Shown here piece by piece: positions 39,585 through 50,000 of a DNA stretch of 64,000 bases; position 1 is the first letter of the stretch; every line of letters starts with the position of its first letter. The notes beneath the pieces are model-generated. The model worked only from the letters and a program-made list of their open reading frames with translations. It was not told the origin of the DNA and ran no database searches. The translations under genes and the position numbers were made by a program. The DNA comes from Candidatus Eremiobacteria bacterium (GTDB lineage: Bacteria; Vulcanimicrobiota; Vulcanimicrobiia; Vulcanimicrobiales; Vulcanimicrobiaceae). The stretch covers positions 352,001 to 416,000 of the forward strand of contig CAVWUU010000004.1 in the NCBI GenBank assembly GCA_963758295.1, in the 5' to 3' direction.

Positions 39585-41698
39585 GCGCGCTCGGATTGGC
39601 GGCGCGGAATATCGAGCTCGGCGCGCGTTTCGTTCACGCCTCCGAATAGACGCGTCACGTGAAAAGTCCGTGCGAGCAATCCGACGATGTAGAGTCCGCG
39701 GCCCGACTCGCTAAACGGATCTTCCGGCACCACGAGCGAGGCGTCGTATGGCGGTCCGTAATCCAACATAGCAATATCCGGATACTCACTGCTCCACGAG
39801 AGATGCAGTTCCACCGGACCGCTTGCGTGCCGTACCACGTTCCCGAGCAGCTCGCCAAGAACCAGCTCTGCGCCATCGTAGTTTGCGTCTTCGGTTCCGT
39901 ACGCTCGCAAAAATTCGGTAATGAACACGCGCAGATCGCGAGCCATCCGCGCATCGCGCGAATTGAACTTGATCTCCAGCACATCGCGCAGCCGCAGAAC
40001 GCTCGGCGGACTGTGCCCGCCGTCGAATTGGAGTGAAAGCAGCGCGACATCGTCGCGCGAACCGCTCGGTAAGAGCGCCTGTTGAATGTACCGTGCTGCG
40101 TCCAACCGGTACGATGGCAGCTGCGCGAAAACGCGTTTTGTCGCCTCTTCTCCGGCAATTGGATCTTGGGCCACTTCCGTCAGCCCGTCCGTATAGAGCA
40201 ACAACGTATCCCCCGGCAACATCCGGAACGTTACCGAGGAACGATTTTCGTCGTACGAGCGCAAACCGAGCGGCAAGCCATGACACGGCAGCGTGAGAAC
40301 GATACCGTCGGCGCGACGAACGAGCGGCGGCGGATGGCCTGCGCTCGCATAGATAAATTCGCCCGAATGGGGATCGAAAATGCCGACGATCGCGGTAACC
40401 AACGAATCGGGATGACGCCGCATCAACGCCATTTCCGCAACGTCGAGCAGTTTCACCGGATCCGTTTCGTAATACGAAAGGCCGGAGATCGTTTGGCGGA
40501 CTTTTCCCATGATCGCTGCAGCGGTGGTTCCACGGCCCGTGACGTCGCCGATCGAGACGGCGATTCGCCCGTCGGGAAGCTCAAAGGCATCGTACCAGTC
40601 TCCGCCGATCAACGCGCGATCATCACCGGGCGCGTACACTGCGTCGAACGTAAGGCCGGGTGCTTTCGGAAGCGTAGCCGGTAGCAACACTTCCTGGAAA
40701 ATCGTCGACGCGCGTTCGTGATGCGCGAAAAGTTCGGCATTCTGCAGCGCCGCGGCCGCCCGGCGTCCAATCTCTTCGAGCATTCGAAGGTCATCTTCGC
40801 TATACGCGTTTGGTGTGGCGGAGAGCGCTATGAGCACGCCGGCCATGCGGCTCTGACTGTTCATAGGGACGGCGATGTAACTCGCGATTCCGACCGCATC
40901 AACAATGGCTTGGGTGAACTTTTGATATTTGCCGTTGGTCCGCTCGACGATCGCCTCGCGATCGCCCACAAATTCCGCGCGATTGGTTTGCGCAACGCGA
41001 TTGGCCGTCTCGAAAAGTTGCGGCGTGATGCCATGGCGCGAGCGCAGCCGCTCGATCAAGGCGGCCTTATGCGGGTCTTGGTGCGTCATGCGTACCTGCT
41101 GCGGGCGCCCTTCTTCGTCGAGCGTCATCATTAAGAGCATCATGCACATCTGCGGCACCAACACCCGAGCCAACGCTTCAAAAATTGCCGCGGCGTTGAG
41201 CGCCTCCGAGAGTTCTTGCCCTATTGCCGCCAAAAGCCGAAGGCGTTGCGCGCTGCGTTCCTCCGACCGCCGCAGATCCGTGACGTCGAGAAAGCCCGCT
41301 ACGGCGCCGGAGAGCGTACCGTCCGCCTCGCGGATAGGTGCAGCGAAGGCCAGCACCGATATGCATCGCCCGTCGGGAAGCTCGAAGTCATAAGGTTCAC
41401 CGACCAGCTCTTCGCCCCGCGCCGCGCGCACCAGGGGCGCCTCATCGCGCAAGATTCGCCGGCCATTCCGGCGGACCACGTAGGGAGCCGTATGGAAATT
41501 GATCACGCGCTTCGATGACGCGATGCCCAAGAGGCGACGCAACGTCGAGTTGACGTACGCGCGCGTAACCTCCGGATCGAGCGCAACCAAAGCCGGGATC
41601 GGCAAAGCATCGACCAAAGCGACGACTTCGCGGGCGCTCCGCGGGGCTGGTTGATTCACTTCTGTGCCATACCCAACAGCGGCCCGCTTATGCGCCAC
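39581..41698 (-). CDS. PAS-GAF-PP2C(SpoIIE)-HATPase_c protein
   Basis: GGDWYD, GDVTGRG, SAGHPPP, YTDGL, DD; C-terminal ELLGN..GRGL. Confidence 0.9.
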   Translation of the reverse strand: MAHKRAAVGYGTEVNQPAPRSAREVVALVDALPIPALVALDPEVTRAYVNSTLRRLLGIASSKRVINFHTAPYVVRRNGRRILRDEAPLVRAARGEELVGEPYDFELPDGRCISVLAFAAPIREADGTLSGAVAGFLDVTDLRRSEERSAQRLRLLAAIGQELSEALNAAAIFEALARVLVPQMCMMLLMMTLDEEGRPQQVRMTHQDPHKAALIERLRSRHGITPQLFETANRVAQTNRAEFVGDREAIVERTNGKYQKFTQAIVDAVGIASYIAVPMNSQSRMAGVLIALSATPNAYSEDDLRMLEEIGRRAAAALQNAELFAHHERASTIFQEVLLPATLPKAPGLTFDAVYAPGDDRALIGGDWYDAFELPDGRIAVSIGDVTGRGTTAAAIMGKVRQTISGLSYYETDPVKLLDVAEMALMRRHPDSLVTAIVGIFDPHSGEFIYASAGHPPPLVRRADGIVLTLPCHGLPLGLRSYDENRSSVTFRMLPGDTLLLYTDGLTEVAQDPIAGEEATKRVFAQLPSYRLDAARYIQQALLPSGSRDDVALLSLQFDGGHSPPSVLRLRDVLEIKFNSRDARMARDLRVFITEFLRAYGTEDANYDGAELVLGELLGNVVRHASGPVELHLSWSSEYPDIAMLDYGPPYDASLVVPEDPFSESGRGLYIVGLLARTFHVTRLFGGVNETRAELDIPRRQSERA

Positions 41699-41735
41699 TT
41701 AATCATCGGGGCGGCCCTGCCGAAATACCCAAGGT

Positions 41736-43847
41736 ATGGAAGCACGCCGCACGAGTCTAGAACGTGGGCTCACAATGGCTTTTGGCCTTGTGATCCTGGT
41801 TATCGTTCTCATGGTCCCCCTGATGCTTTTCGCGATGAACGGCATCGTCAGCCAAGCTGAGGTCCTTCACAACCAGGTCGTAAAGGGCCAGCTCGCCTAC
41901 GCAAAGGTCGCGGCCGACGCGGACAGCCTTCGCGCTGCGACGCTTGAAGCCGCTACGAGCGCCGACCCGTCGCGGTCCGCGGCCCAGCTGTCTGCCGCGA
42001 AAGACCTCGTTAAGCAGTTTCCGGATGACGCTCGTAAGATGACCGAACTGTTCTGTCCGAAGGTTGCGGTTGCCGCAGGCGCTTCGCCTGCCGCCGACGC
42101 CGACACGACGTCGAACTGCGCGGCGCGCCACGACGAGATCGGAAAGCTGGTCGATACGTTCGGCACGAGCGCCAGCGCATTCGATTTCCAAGCGCTCTCA
42201 GGGGTCAGCTTACTTCAGCAAGGCCGCCGCGCAGATGCCCTCAAGCAAATCAACGGCCCGTCTTCCGACGCTTACGAAAAGCAAAACCAAGACGGCGAAT
42301 CGATGCTGGGCGCGCTGAACCGTCTCTCCGACGACCGCTACGGCAAGCTTATTCAAGCGCGTAATCTTGGCTTCATTATCCTTCTAGTGGGCCTTGCGGT
42401 CGCCGTCGTGCTGGTGTTCACGCTCGGCCAGTGGCTGCGCCGGATCGTGCTGCGCAGCATCGGCCGCTGCGTCGAAATCTTCGAAGCGATGGGGACGGGC
42501 GATCTTTCGCAACGCGTCAACTGGCACGGCAGCGATCTCCTCGGCCGCCTCGGTCAAGCTATCGACGACTTCGCCAACCGCCTGAGCACCATGATCGTAC
42601 AGATTCAGCGCGCTTCCATCACGGTGCAAAACGCGTCGCAGCAGAGCAACGCGATCGTCGCGCAGGTCGACTCGCGCGTTAAGGAAGAACTTGCAGCGCT
42701 CTCGCAGGCGCTTTCGTACTCGGGCGATCTATTTTCGGCTTCGGGCACGGTTGCCGACAACGCCGAAGCGGTGGCACGCCGTGTTTCCGACATCTCCAGC
42801 TCGGTCGCCGAAATGACCGCATCGATTCAAGAGATGGATCAGAACCTGCTCAATCTCGCTACCGTCGTCGAACAGGCCGTTGCGAACACCCAAGAAATGT
42901 CGGCCTCGATCGTGCAAGTCGCCGGCAACGCCGACCGCGTACGTTCCGAGTCGAACGTTACGGATCAAAAAGTCCGCGAAGGCCGCAACGAAGTGCTCGC
43001 GCTCTCGAAGGGCATGGGCTCCATCAGCGACACCGTCGCCGACGTCGTTACCGAGATGCAAAATCTCGACGGGGCCTCCCGCCAGATCGGCGAGATCCTC
43101 GGGCTCATCGAGGAGATTGCCGACCAAACGAACCTCTTGGCACTCAACGCCGCCATCGAAGCGGCCCGCGCCGGCGAACACGGCCGCGGCTTCGCGGTGG
43201 TTGCGGACGAAGTGCGGAAGCTCGCTGAAAACTCAGCCAGCTCAACCAAGCAAATCGGCCAGCTCGTCGCCGACATCCAGCGTCGCACTTCCGCCGTTCT
43301 AGATAGAACCGCGCGGGCGAATTCGCTGGTTCAGAGCAACGCAGAGTCGGCCCGCAACGTTACCCAGATGATTGAGACGATCAGCAACCGCGTTACGGAA
43401 GTCGCTCAACTCGTCAGCGAAATCAGCATCGCCACGACCGAGCAAGCTCGTTCTTCCGAAGAGCTTGCGAAGGCCAGCGAGCAGATGGGAGCCATGACGC
43501 ACGAGGCGGCTGCCACGATGCGCGAGCAGGCGATCACGTCGAACCAGATTCTCGAAAGCGTTTCGGAAATCGAAGATCGCACGGCACAAGTAGCCCGGGC
43601 CTCGACGGAACAACAATCGGCGATCGAAGGGCTCGGGGAGCGAATCCAACAATCCTCGAACCTCGGTTCGCGGAATTCCGAAGCAGTCGCGGGCATGGCT
43701 GCCAGTGCCGACCAGGTGCACTCGCAAGCAAGCAGCTTACGAGACCTCGTCGGCCAGTTTCAAACCGGGCGGACGTCATTCGAAAATTCCGGATCGGCGG
43801 CCCAGCAGGCCCTAGACGATCCGGGCGCCCTTGCGCTATCGTCTTAA
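41736..43847 (+). CDS. Methyl-accepting chemotaxis protein
   Basis: Two [43 protein letters not shown]. Confidence 0.96.
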   Translation: MEARRTSLERGLTMAFGLVILVIVLMVPLMLFAMNGIVSQAEVLHNQVVKGQLAYAKVAADADSLRAATLEAATSADPSRSAAQLSAAKDLVKQFPDDARKMTELFCPKVAVAAGASPAADADTTSNCAARHDEIGKLVDTFGTSASAFDFQALSGVSLLQQGRRADALKQINGPSSDAYEKQNQDGESMLGALNRLSDDRYGKLIQARNLGFIILLVGLAVAVVLVFTLGQWLRRIVLRSIGRCVEIFEAMGTGDLSQRVNWHGSDLLGRLGQAIDDFANRLSTMIVQIQRASITVQNASQQSNAIVAQVDSRVKEELAALSQALSYSGDLFSASGTVADNAEAVARRVSDISSSVAEMTASIQEMDQNLLNLATVVEQAVANTQEMSASIVQVAGNADRVRSESNVTDQKVREGRNEVLALSKGMGSISDTVADVVTEMQNLDGASRQIGEILGLIEEIADQTNLLALNAAIEAARAGEHGRGFAVVADEVRKLAENSASSTKQIGQLVADIQRRTSAVLDRTARANSLVQSNAESARNVTQMIETISNRVTEVAQLVSEISIATTEQARSSEELAKASEQMGAMTHEAAATMREQAITSNQILESVSEIEDRTAQVARASTEQQSAIEGLGERIQQSSNLGSRNSEAVAGMAASADQVHSQASSLRDLVGQFQTGRTSFENSGSAAQQALDDPGALALSS

Positions 43848-43892
43848 ATCAAATATAAATCAAAATTAATCAGCGTTCTTCTTGGAGTAGCC

Positions 43893-44186
43893 GTGCAAAA
43901 GACACTTGGAATTTTAGCCCTCGCGGCGGTGCTCGCAGCGCCGGTCGTAGCTCTCGCCGCGAACAACGTGGATGCGAGCCTCATTCCCGACGGGACCTAC
44001 ACCGTCAAAGTAGAGAAAATCGTCGATTCCAAACACGTTCAAGTAACGATGGACAATGGAACCGAAACGACGCTGCCGGGTGGACGCGATTCCGTTGACT
44101 TTACGAAAGTAAAAGTCGGCGATCAGCTGAAACTTTCGCTGATCAAAGGCTCGGTTATGGTCTACCTAGACCTCTCGAACCACTAA
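43893..44186 (+). CDS. Small secreted OB-fold-like protein
   Basis: Signal peptide, VKVGDQL, GGAG RBS. Confidence 0.7.
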   Translation: MQKTLGILALAAVLAAPVVALAANNVDASLIPDGTYTVKVEKIVDSKHVQVTMDNGTETTLPGGRDSVDFTKVKVGDQLKLSLIKGSVMVYLDLSNH

Positions 44187-44211
44187 GCAAAAGAACGAAC
44201 GATCGTTTCGT

Positions 44212-44241
44212 AAAAGAGAGCGGCGAACGCCGCTCTCTTTT
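44212..44241. terminator. Bidirectional terminator
   Basis: AAAAGAGAGCGGCG-AA-CGCCGCTCTCTTTT between convergent genes. Confidence 0.9.
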
Positions 44242-44999
44242 TATTTCTGATACACGACGATCGGGGTGTTGATCGCTCGCAGATCCAGAGCGCTGACGGG
44301 TCGGCCCGCGCGCTGCAATTTAGCGAGGATCGGGTTGACGAGCGGAATCTTCTTCGCTAAATCTTCGTCGTCTCCGAAGAGCAACCGAATCCCGTCGTGC
44401 AGTGTCGCGACGAGTTCCCCATACTTGTCGAATGCCACGGCTGCAGGGACGATGTGCGCAGCGACAAGTGTTTCATCGTCGTCGCGCAATGATTTCAGAG
44501 CAGCGGTTGCGATGAAATGACCCGGCTCGAGCGGTTCTGCGACGGTTGCCGTAAGTGTTGGCAGAGAGGGCATTGCTTCGTCGGCGCTTTCCAGCACGCG
44601 AAGGTCGCGGTCGACGACGACTCGAGAGCCGTCGGAATTCACAACGGCAAAAGGCCGGCGTTCGGTTACATCGATAAAGACCGTTCCCGGTGGACGGCGG
44701 TGAACGGCCGCCGTGGCAACGTAGGGAATCTGTTCGATCCGTGCCGCGATTGCATGGGTGTTTTGCAGCCAGATATTTTCGTCGGGCGATACGGCCGCTT
44801 TCGCCATGATTTGTGATGACGGCACCACACGGTTTCCATAAACGGAGACGCCGTGCGGGCGCAAAGCGGGCCAGGTAGCAAAGAAATAGCCTGCTACGCT
44901 TGCAACGATCAACAGGATAACGATCAATATCCAGAACGGGCGAAGCTTCGCCGCGGCTGACGCCTTGCGTCGGCGCTTGGGCTTCGGACGAGTGCTCAC
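44241..44999 (-). CDS. ftsQ: Cell division protein FtsQ/DivIB
   Basis: Basic N-terminus, TM, POTRA (V.GN..V, PYV..A.V.R..P..V.I.V.ER), C-terminal LDLR. Confidence 0.85.
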   Translation of the reverse strand: MSTRPKPKRRRKASAAAKLRPFWILIVILLIVASVAGYFFATWPALRPHGVSVYGNRVVPSSQIMAKAAVSPDENIWLQNTHAIAARIEQIPYVATAAVHRRPPGTVFIDVTERRPFAVVNSDGSRVVVDRDLRVLESADEAMPSLPTLTATVAEPLEPGHFIATAALKSLRDDDETLVAAHIVPAAVAFDKYGELVATLHDGIRLLFGDDEDLAKKIPLVNPILAKLQRAGRPVSALDLRAINTPIVVYQK

Positions 45000-45799
45000 G
45001 CTAATACGTACCGTTCGATCGCTTCCGCAACCCCGTCGCCGGCCACGTCTGAAACGATGGCTTTTGCTACGCTGCGCAATTCGTCGGGGGCGTTGCCCAT
45101 CGCTACGCCAAAGCCGGCAGCACGCAATAACGGCGCGTCGTTCCAAGAGTCGCCAATCGCCGCTACCTCCGCGGTGTCGATTCCGAGGTGATCCGCGATG
45201 AACCGTAACGCATCACCTTTATCTACCGCCGGATTCACGATTTCGACGAATTCCGGATAACTACGCGTCACGTAAGCGTCCTTGCCGAACGTCGTCTGCA
45301 TCCGTTTGACGTAAGCGCTGGCCTCCGGCGGGTCGGTAATGATCACGGCCTTCGTGGCGGGACTGAAAGCAAAACTCTCGCGCAGCGACGGCACGATCAC
45401 GGGCTGAACGCTCGAAAGCCGTGCATACAAGTCGGAAAACCGGTTGCGCTGCTCGCAGTAGTATTCGTCGTTCCGGTATAGCTGCAAGTGCATGCGATCG
45501 CTTTCGACGACATCGATGATGCGCCGGACCGTATGTACGGGAAGCGGCGTATCGCGGAGAATTTTGTCCGTCTGGGGGTCGATCACCGCCGCGCCCTGGT
45601 AACAAACGATCGGCGCCGTTAGACCGAGCTCGCGAGCGAACGGAATCGCCGCGCGATACATTCGTCCGGTAACGATGCAGCCGTTGATCCCGGCCTCGAG
45701 CATTTTTGCAATCGACTCTTTGACGCGGGGCGTAACCGTGAGGTCCCGCCCCACGAGTGTGCCGTCCAAATCGAAGGCAACGAGCTTCAATCGTTTCAC
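44996..45799 (-). CDS. Cof-type HAD hydrolase
   Basis: FDLDGTL, TGR, KG.AL, GDSWND, AMGNA. Confidence 0.92.
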   Translation of the reverse strand: MKRLKLVAFDLDGTLVGRDLTVTPRVKESIAKMLEAGINGCIVTGRMYRAAIPFARELGLTAPIVCYQGAAVIDPQTDKILRDTPLPVHTVRRIIDVVESDRMHLQLYRNDEYYCEQRNRFSDLYARLSSVQPVIVPSLRESFAFSPATKAVIITDPPEASAYVKRMQTTFGKDAYVTRSYPEFVEIVNPAVDKGDALRFIADHLGIDTAEVAAIGDSWNDAPLLRAAGFGVAMGNAPDELRSVAKAIVSDVAGDGVAEAIERYVLA

Positions 45800-47082
45800 A
45801 GACCGCTGCGCATGCGGGCGGTTTGAGCGTGCTGCGGATGCCCTTCGAAGTCGGCGAGTGCGGCGAGCGGCTGAGCGTCGTGCAGCATGCGTTCGCGCGA
45901 GTTTTCGACAACGCTGATGGTCCGCAAGTAGGCGCCCAAGGACAGAGCCGAGGAGAACCTGGCTGCGCCCGAGACCGGCAGCACGTGATTCGTTCCGGCA
46001 AGATAATCGCCGCACGCGGCCGGCGTCATGTCTCCGACGAACACGCATCCCGCCCGGCGTATCCGCGCAAGATACGGCTCTGCGTCCCGCACCATGAGCG
46101 AAAGCGAGCCCGGCGCAAAAGCTTCGACGACGTCGATGACTTCGTCGCGACTTTGCGCGTGCACGAGATAGCAGGATCGCGCCATCACTTCACTCATGAT
46201 TTCGCCGCGCGGTAAGGTCTTTACATCGAGCGTGTCAAGCAACTGCGCTACCGCGTCGAGAAGCGGCCGCGACTCGGAAACGACGGCGACGCGCGCGAGT
46301 TCATCCTGCTCCGCTTGCGCGAGCAGTTCGCCGGCGATGTATTCGCTGTTCGCGCCGTCGTCGGCAACGACCAGGATTTCGGACGGCCCCGCTAAGCCGT
46401 CGATCGCGCAAACGCCGAAGACTTGGCGTTTCGCCTCGGTGACCCAAGCGTTGCCGGGCCCAACGATCTTGTCGACCGGCGCGATGCTTTGCGTCCCGTA
46501 AGCCGCCGCCGCAATGGCTTGCGCGCCGCCAACGGCGTAGAGCTCGTCGACTTCACAAAGGCTGCATGCAAAGAGCACCGCCGGATGCACGCGTCCGCTA
46601 GCTTGTGGCGGCGTAAGAACCACCGTGCGGTTCACGCCCGCGATCTTCGCCGGAACGATGCTCATGATAACGGATGCCGTCAATGTCCCGCCGCCTGCGG
46701 GAACGTAGGCGGCGATCGAGTCGAGCGCCCGGTAATGAAATCCGTAGCGGGTTCCGTCTTCGTCGACGTAGTTGAGATCGGCGTGGCGTTGCCTTTCGTG
46801 AAAGCGCGCCACCCGCTCTTTGGCAAGCCGCAATGCGTCGGCAATCTCCGGCGGGACGAGATTCTTCGCGCCTTCCTGCATCGGTATGGGCACTCGAAGG
46901 CGTGAAGAATCGAACGACGGATCATCCAAACGGCGCGTGTGCTCGACCAATGCTGCGTCGCCACGCGTACGCACGTCTTGCAGAATCGCCGAAACGCCCT
47001 GCGTCAATTCGGCGGACGCGTTCCATCCGCCGCGATACAGCGCGGCTAGCCGCAGCCGGTCGGCCGCGTCGATCACGTTCAT
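45796..47082 (-). CDS. hisD: Histidinol dehydrogenase homologue with substituted catalytic residues
   Basis: VRTRGDAAL, GGAQAIAA, GPGNAWV, AGPSE, GDY.AGTNHVLP. Confidence 0.8.
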   Translation of the reverse strand: MNVIDAADRLRLAALYRGGWNASAELTQGVSAILQDVRTRGDAALVEHTRRLDDPSFDSSRLRVPIPMQEGAKNLVPPEIADALRLAKERVARFHERQRHADLNYVDEDGTRYGFHYRALDSIAAYVPAGGGTLTASVIMSIVPAKIAGVNRTVVLTPPQASGRVHPAVLFACSLCEVDELYAVGGAQAIAAAAYGTQSIAPVDKIVGPGNAWVTEAKRQVFGVCAIDGLAGPSEILVVADDGANSEYIAGELLAQAEQDELARVAVVSESRPLLDAVAQLLDTLDVKTLPRGEIMSEVMARSCYLVHAQSRDEVIDVVEAFAPGSLSLMVRDAEPYLARIRRAGCVFVGDMTPAACGDYLAGTNHVLPVSGAARFSSALSLGAYLRTISVVENSRERMLHDAQPLAALADFEGHPQHAQTARMRSGL

Positions 47083-50000
47083 ACGAGGTCCGGCGCTCCT
47101 TCGCGCACGTTTCCCCGGCCGAATATCCGTTCCAATTCGCCTCGTAAACGCACGTCCGAAGAGGTCGTTCGATTCAAGAGTTGCGAACGCCCGCGCGCGT
47201 GCATCACAAGCGGGACGTCTCCCGGCCACTCATCGACGAGCGCAGCGAGCCGGTCTATTTGATCGCGTGACGTTGCGTCGACGTGCCAGCCGCGGGCCGG
47301 CGGCGCCTCATATCCCCGCGCCGGCGGCTCGAATACCGTTACTTCATTTGCACTCACCGAAAGCTCGATCGGCGGTTCTTCGCCAGGCGTGGCACCCGGC
47401 CGCTCGCGCAACCGAAGGCGGCCCTTCACGACTACGATTTGGTCGGCGTTAAAGAAATGTTGCACCGACGGATAGATCTTCGAAAAGACCACCACGTCGC
47501 AGCTGCCGCTCGTGTCTTCAACCTGCGCGATGAGAATTTGCTGGCCGGTCTTGGTGAGGGTTCGCCGCACGGTCGTCACCATGCCGGCGATCGTGACGAA
47601 CGCGTCGTCCTCTACGTTCCGCAGATCCTTGATAAGCGTTGCGCCTTGACGCACGAGCATTTCTTGAACTTCAGAAAGCGGGTGACCCGAAACGAAAATG
47701 CCAAGCGTCTCTTTTTCCCACGCCAGTTGTTCGCGGTTGGTCGGGGCCGGTAATACGGGAAGCACAGGCGCAAGTGACGGCGCATGCTCGCCGACATCCC
47801 CAAAGAGCGAGACCTGTCCAAGCTCCGCCTCGCGAGCCTTATGCGCGGCGAGATCCAGCGCGGTGTCCAGCGCCGCCAATTTCTGGGCGCGATTTCCCGG
47901 AAGCTGATCGAGGGCGCCGCACTTGATCAAGGCTTCGAAGACGCGGCGATTGACTTGTTTCGTATCGACGCGATTCGCGAGATCGAAGAAATCGTTGAAC
48001 GGCCCTTCCGCAGCCCGGGCATTAATGATGTTCTGCACCGCGCCTTCGCCGACGCCTTTGACGGCTGCGAGTCCGAACCGGATATGTTCTCCGACGACGG
48101 CGAAATCGACGAGCGACTCGTTCACGTCCGGCGGAAGCACTTCAATCCCGATCTTCTTCGCTTCGTCGATATACTCGACGAGCTTGTCGGTCTTGTCTTT
48201 CACCGAAGACATCAGGGCGCTTAGATATTGAAGCGGGTGATTCGCTTTTAAATACGCCGTCTGGTACGAGATCCACCCATATGCAGCCGCGTGCGACTTA
48301 TTGAAACCATAACCGGCGAACGGTTCGATAAACGCGAAGATCTGCTCGCCGAGCTCTCGCGTAACTCCTGAAACGTCCATTGCTTGCGTAACGAACTTCT
48401 CGCGATAGACGGGAATCTTGTCTTTCTGCTTCTTTCCCATTACCTTGCGAAGCTCGTCCGCTTGCCCCATCGTGAAGCCGGCGACATCGCGTGCCATCTG
48501 CATGACCTGCTCTTGATAGCAGTTGTGGGTTGCTATGCCATTCGCGATGAAGTACGGCGACGACTGATCTTCCATCTGAAGATCGAAACACTCATATTCA
48601 CCAACGTCTTCAATCGAATCGATGTAGACCGGGCGCGTATCGCGATACGGCTGCTCGTAGGCGCGTTCGTAAGAATCCCGAAGTCCAACGATGTCCGAGC
48701 CCCGTTCCGCATAAACGTTCGCCTCGGTCATCGTGCCGCCGGTTACACGCGAGAAGATTTTTGCCGAGCCGAGATGCTCGCTGCCGCGCTTATCAGGCAT
48801 CCTCGTTCCATCGACGACCCGCATAAAACGGCCAACGTCTTGCACATGGACCGCGCTTTCGCTGACGTAATATGCGATTTTCAGCGTCGATAGAAGGCCG
48901 CCCACTTGAGCGAGGAGCTGTTTCGATGTCGAACGGAAATACGGGGACGATGATCGATCGCTCCCGTCGCTATCCCAAAGCCCGCGCAAGAGCGCTATGC
49001 GATCTTGTTCGGGCCAGTGAACTGCGCTATCGGTTAGCCGCTTGTTTTCGGAGTTTTGCTTCCACGAGCCCTCGCGGGCCAACACGCCCAAAAGATACGC
49101 GCGATCGCTGCCGACCACGAGCTTGGGATCGTTGTTGGAGCGCACCCAGGCTTCGTAAAGAATCGAATCTGTTTGACTGTCATGATAGCGCGTCCGGTTT
49201 CCGTGACCGTTCGTCCTTAGGTCGCGCGCCATCAAGTCGCCGCCCGGCGTTGGAAAACGATGGTCTTCCGAACATTCGACGGTGGTTCCGGTTGAAAGCT
49301 TTATTCTCAGCACGCGTTTCTTGCCGCTGGGCCAAATCTTCTCGACCTTCGCCGGCTTGGTGCTGCCGGTTGCCGTATCGAACGTTACAACCTCATCCCC
49401 CGCTGCGACATCGCAGATCTGCTTCGCCCCGCCGTCCGCGGTCCAAACCGGCACGTCGTACTTCAGGCAAGCCACTCCGTACGTTTCTGCGAGGATAGGC
49501 TCCAGCTTCGGATGCAAGTACGTCGGCTTGGAGCGTCCATGCTTGTTGCTGATGTACTGCGGGATCCAATCCATTGGGCCGGGGCGATAAAGGGCGACGA
49601 GCGCGATGATATCTTCAAAACGCGACGGCTTCAGCTCTATGCAAACGCGTTTCATGCCGTCCGATTCGAGCTGGAATACGCCCATCGTTTCGCCGCGCCC
49701 CAGCATCTCGAAGGTGCGTTGATCGGTATCCGAGATTTTCGCCAAATCGAAATTTGAATCGACGGTGCGGCGGATTTCGGTGACCGCACTATTCATGACG
49801 GTGAGGTTGCGAAGGCCCAAGAAATCCATCTTGAGCAAACCAATTTTTTCAACCCACACCATGTCGAACTGCGTATTGACCCCGCCATCGCCGAACTTGA
49901 CGAGGGGTGCGTAATCGATCAGCGGCCCCGCCGAGATGACGACGCCCGCGGCATGGGTGCCCGCGTTGCGCGCCAAGCCTTCGATATCTTTGGCGGTGTC

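Noticed and set aside
31643..44240. Prophage or integrative element
   Set aside because: No integrase, transposase, phage gene or terminal repeat was found
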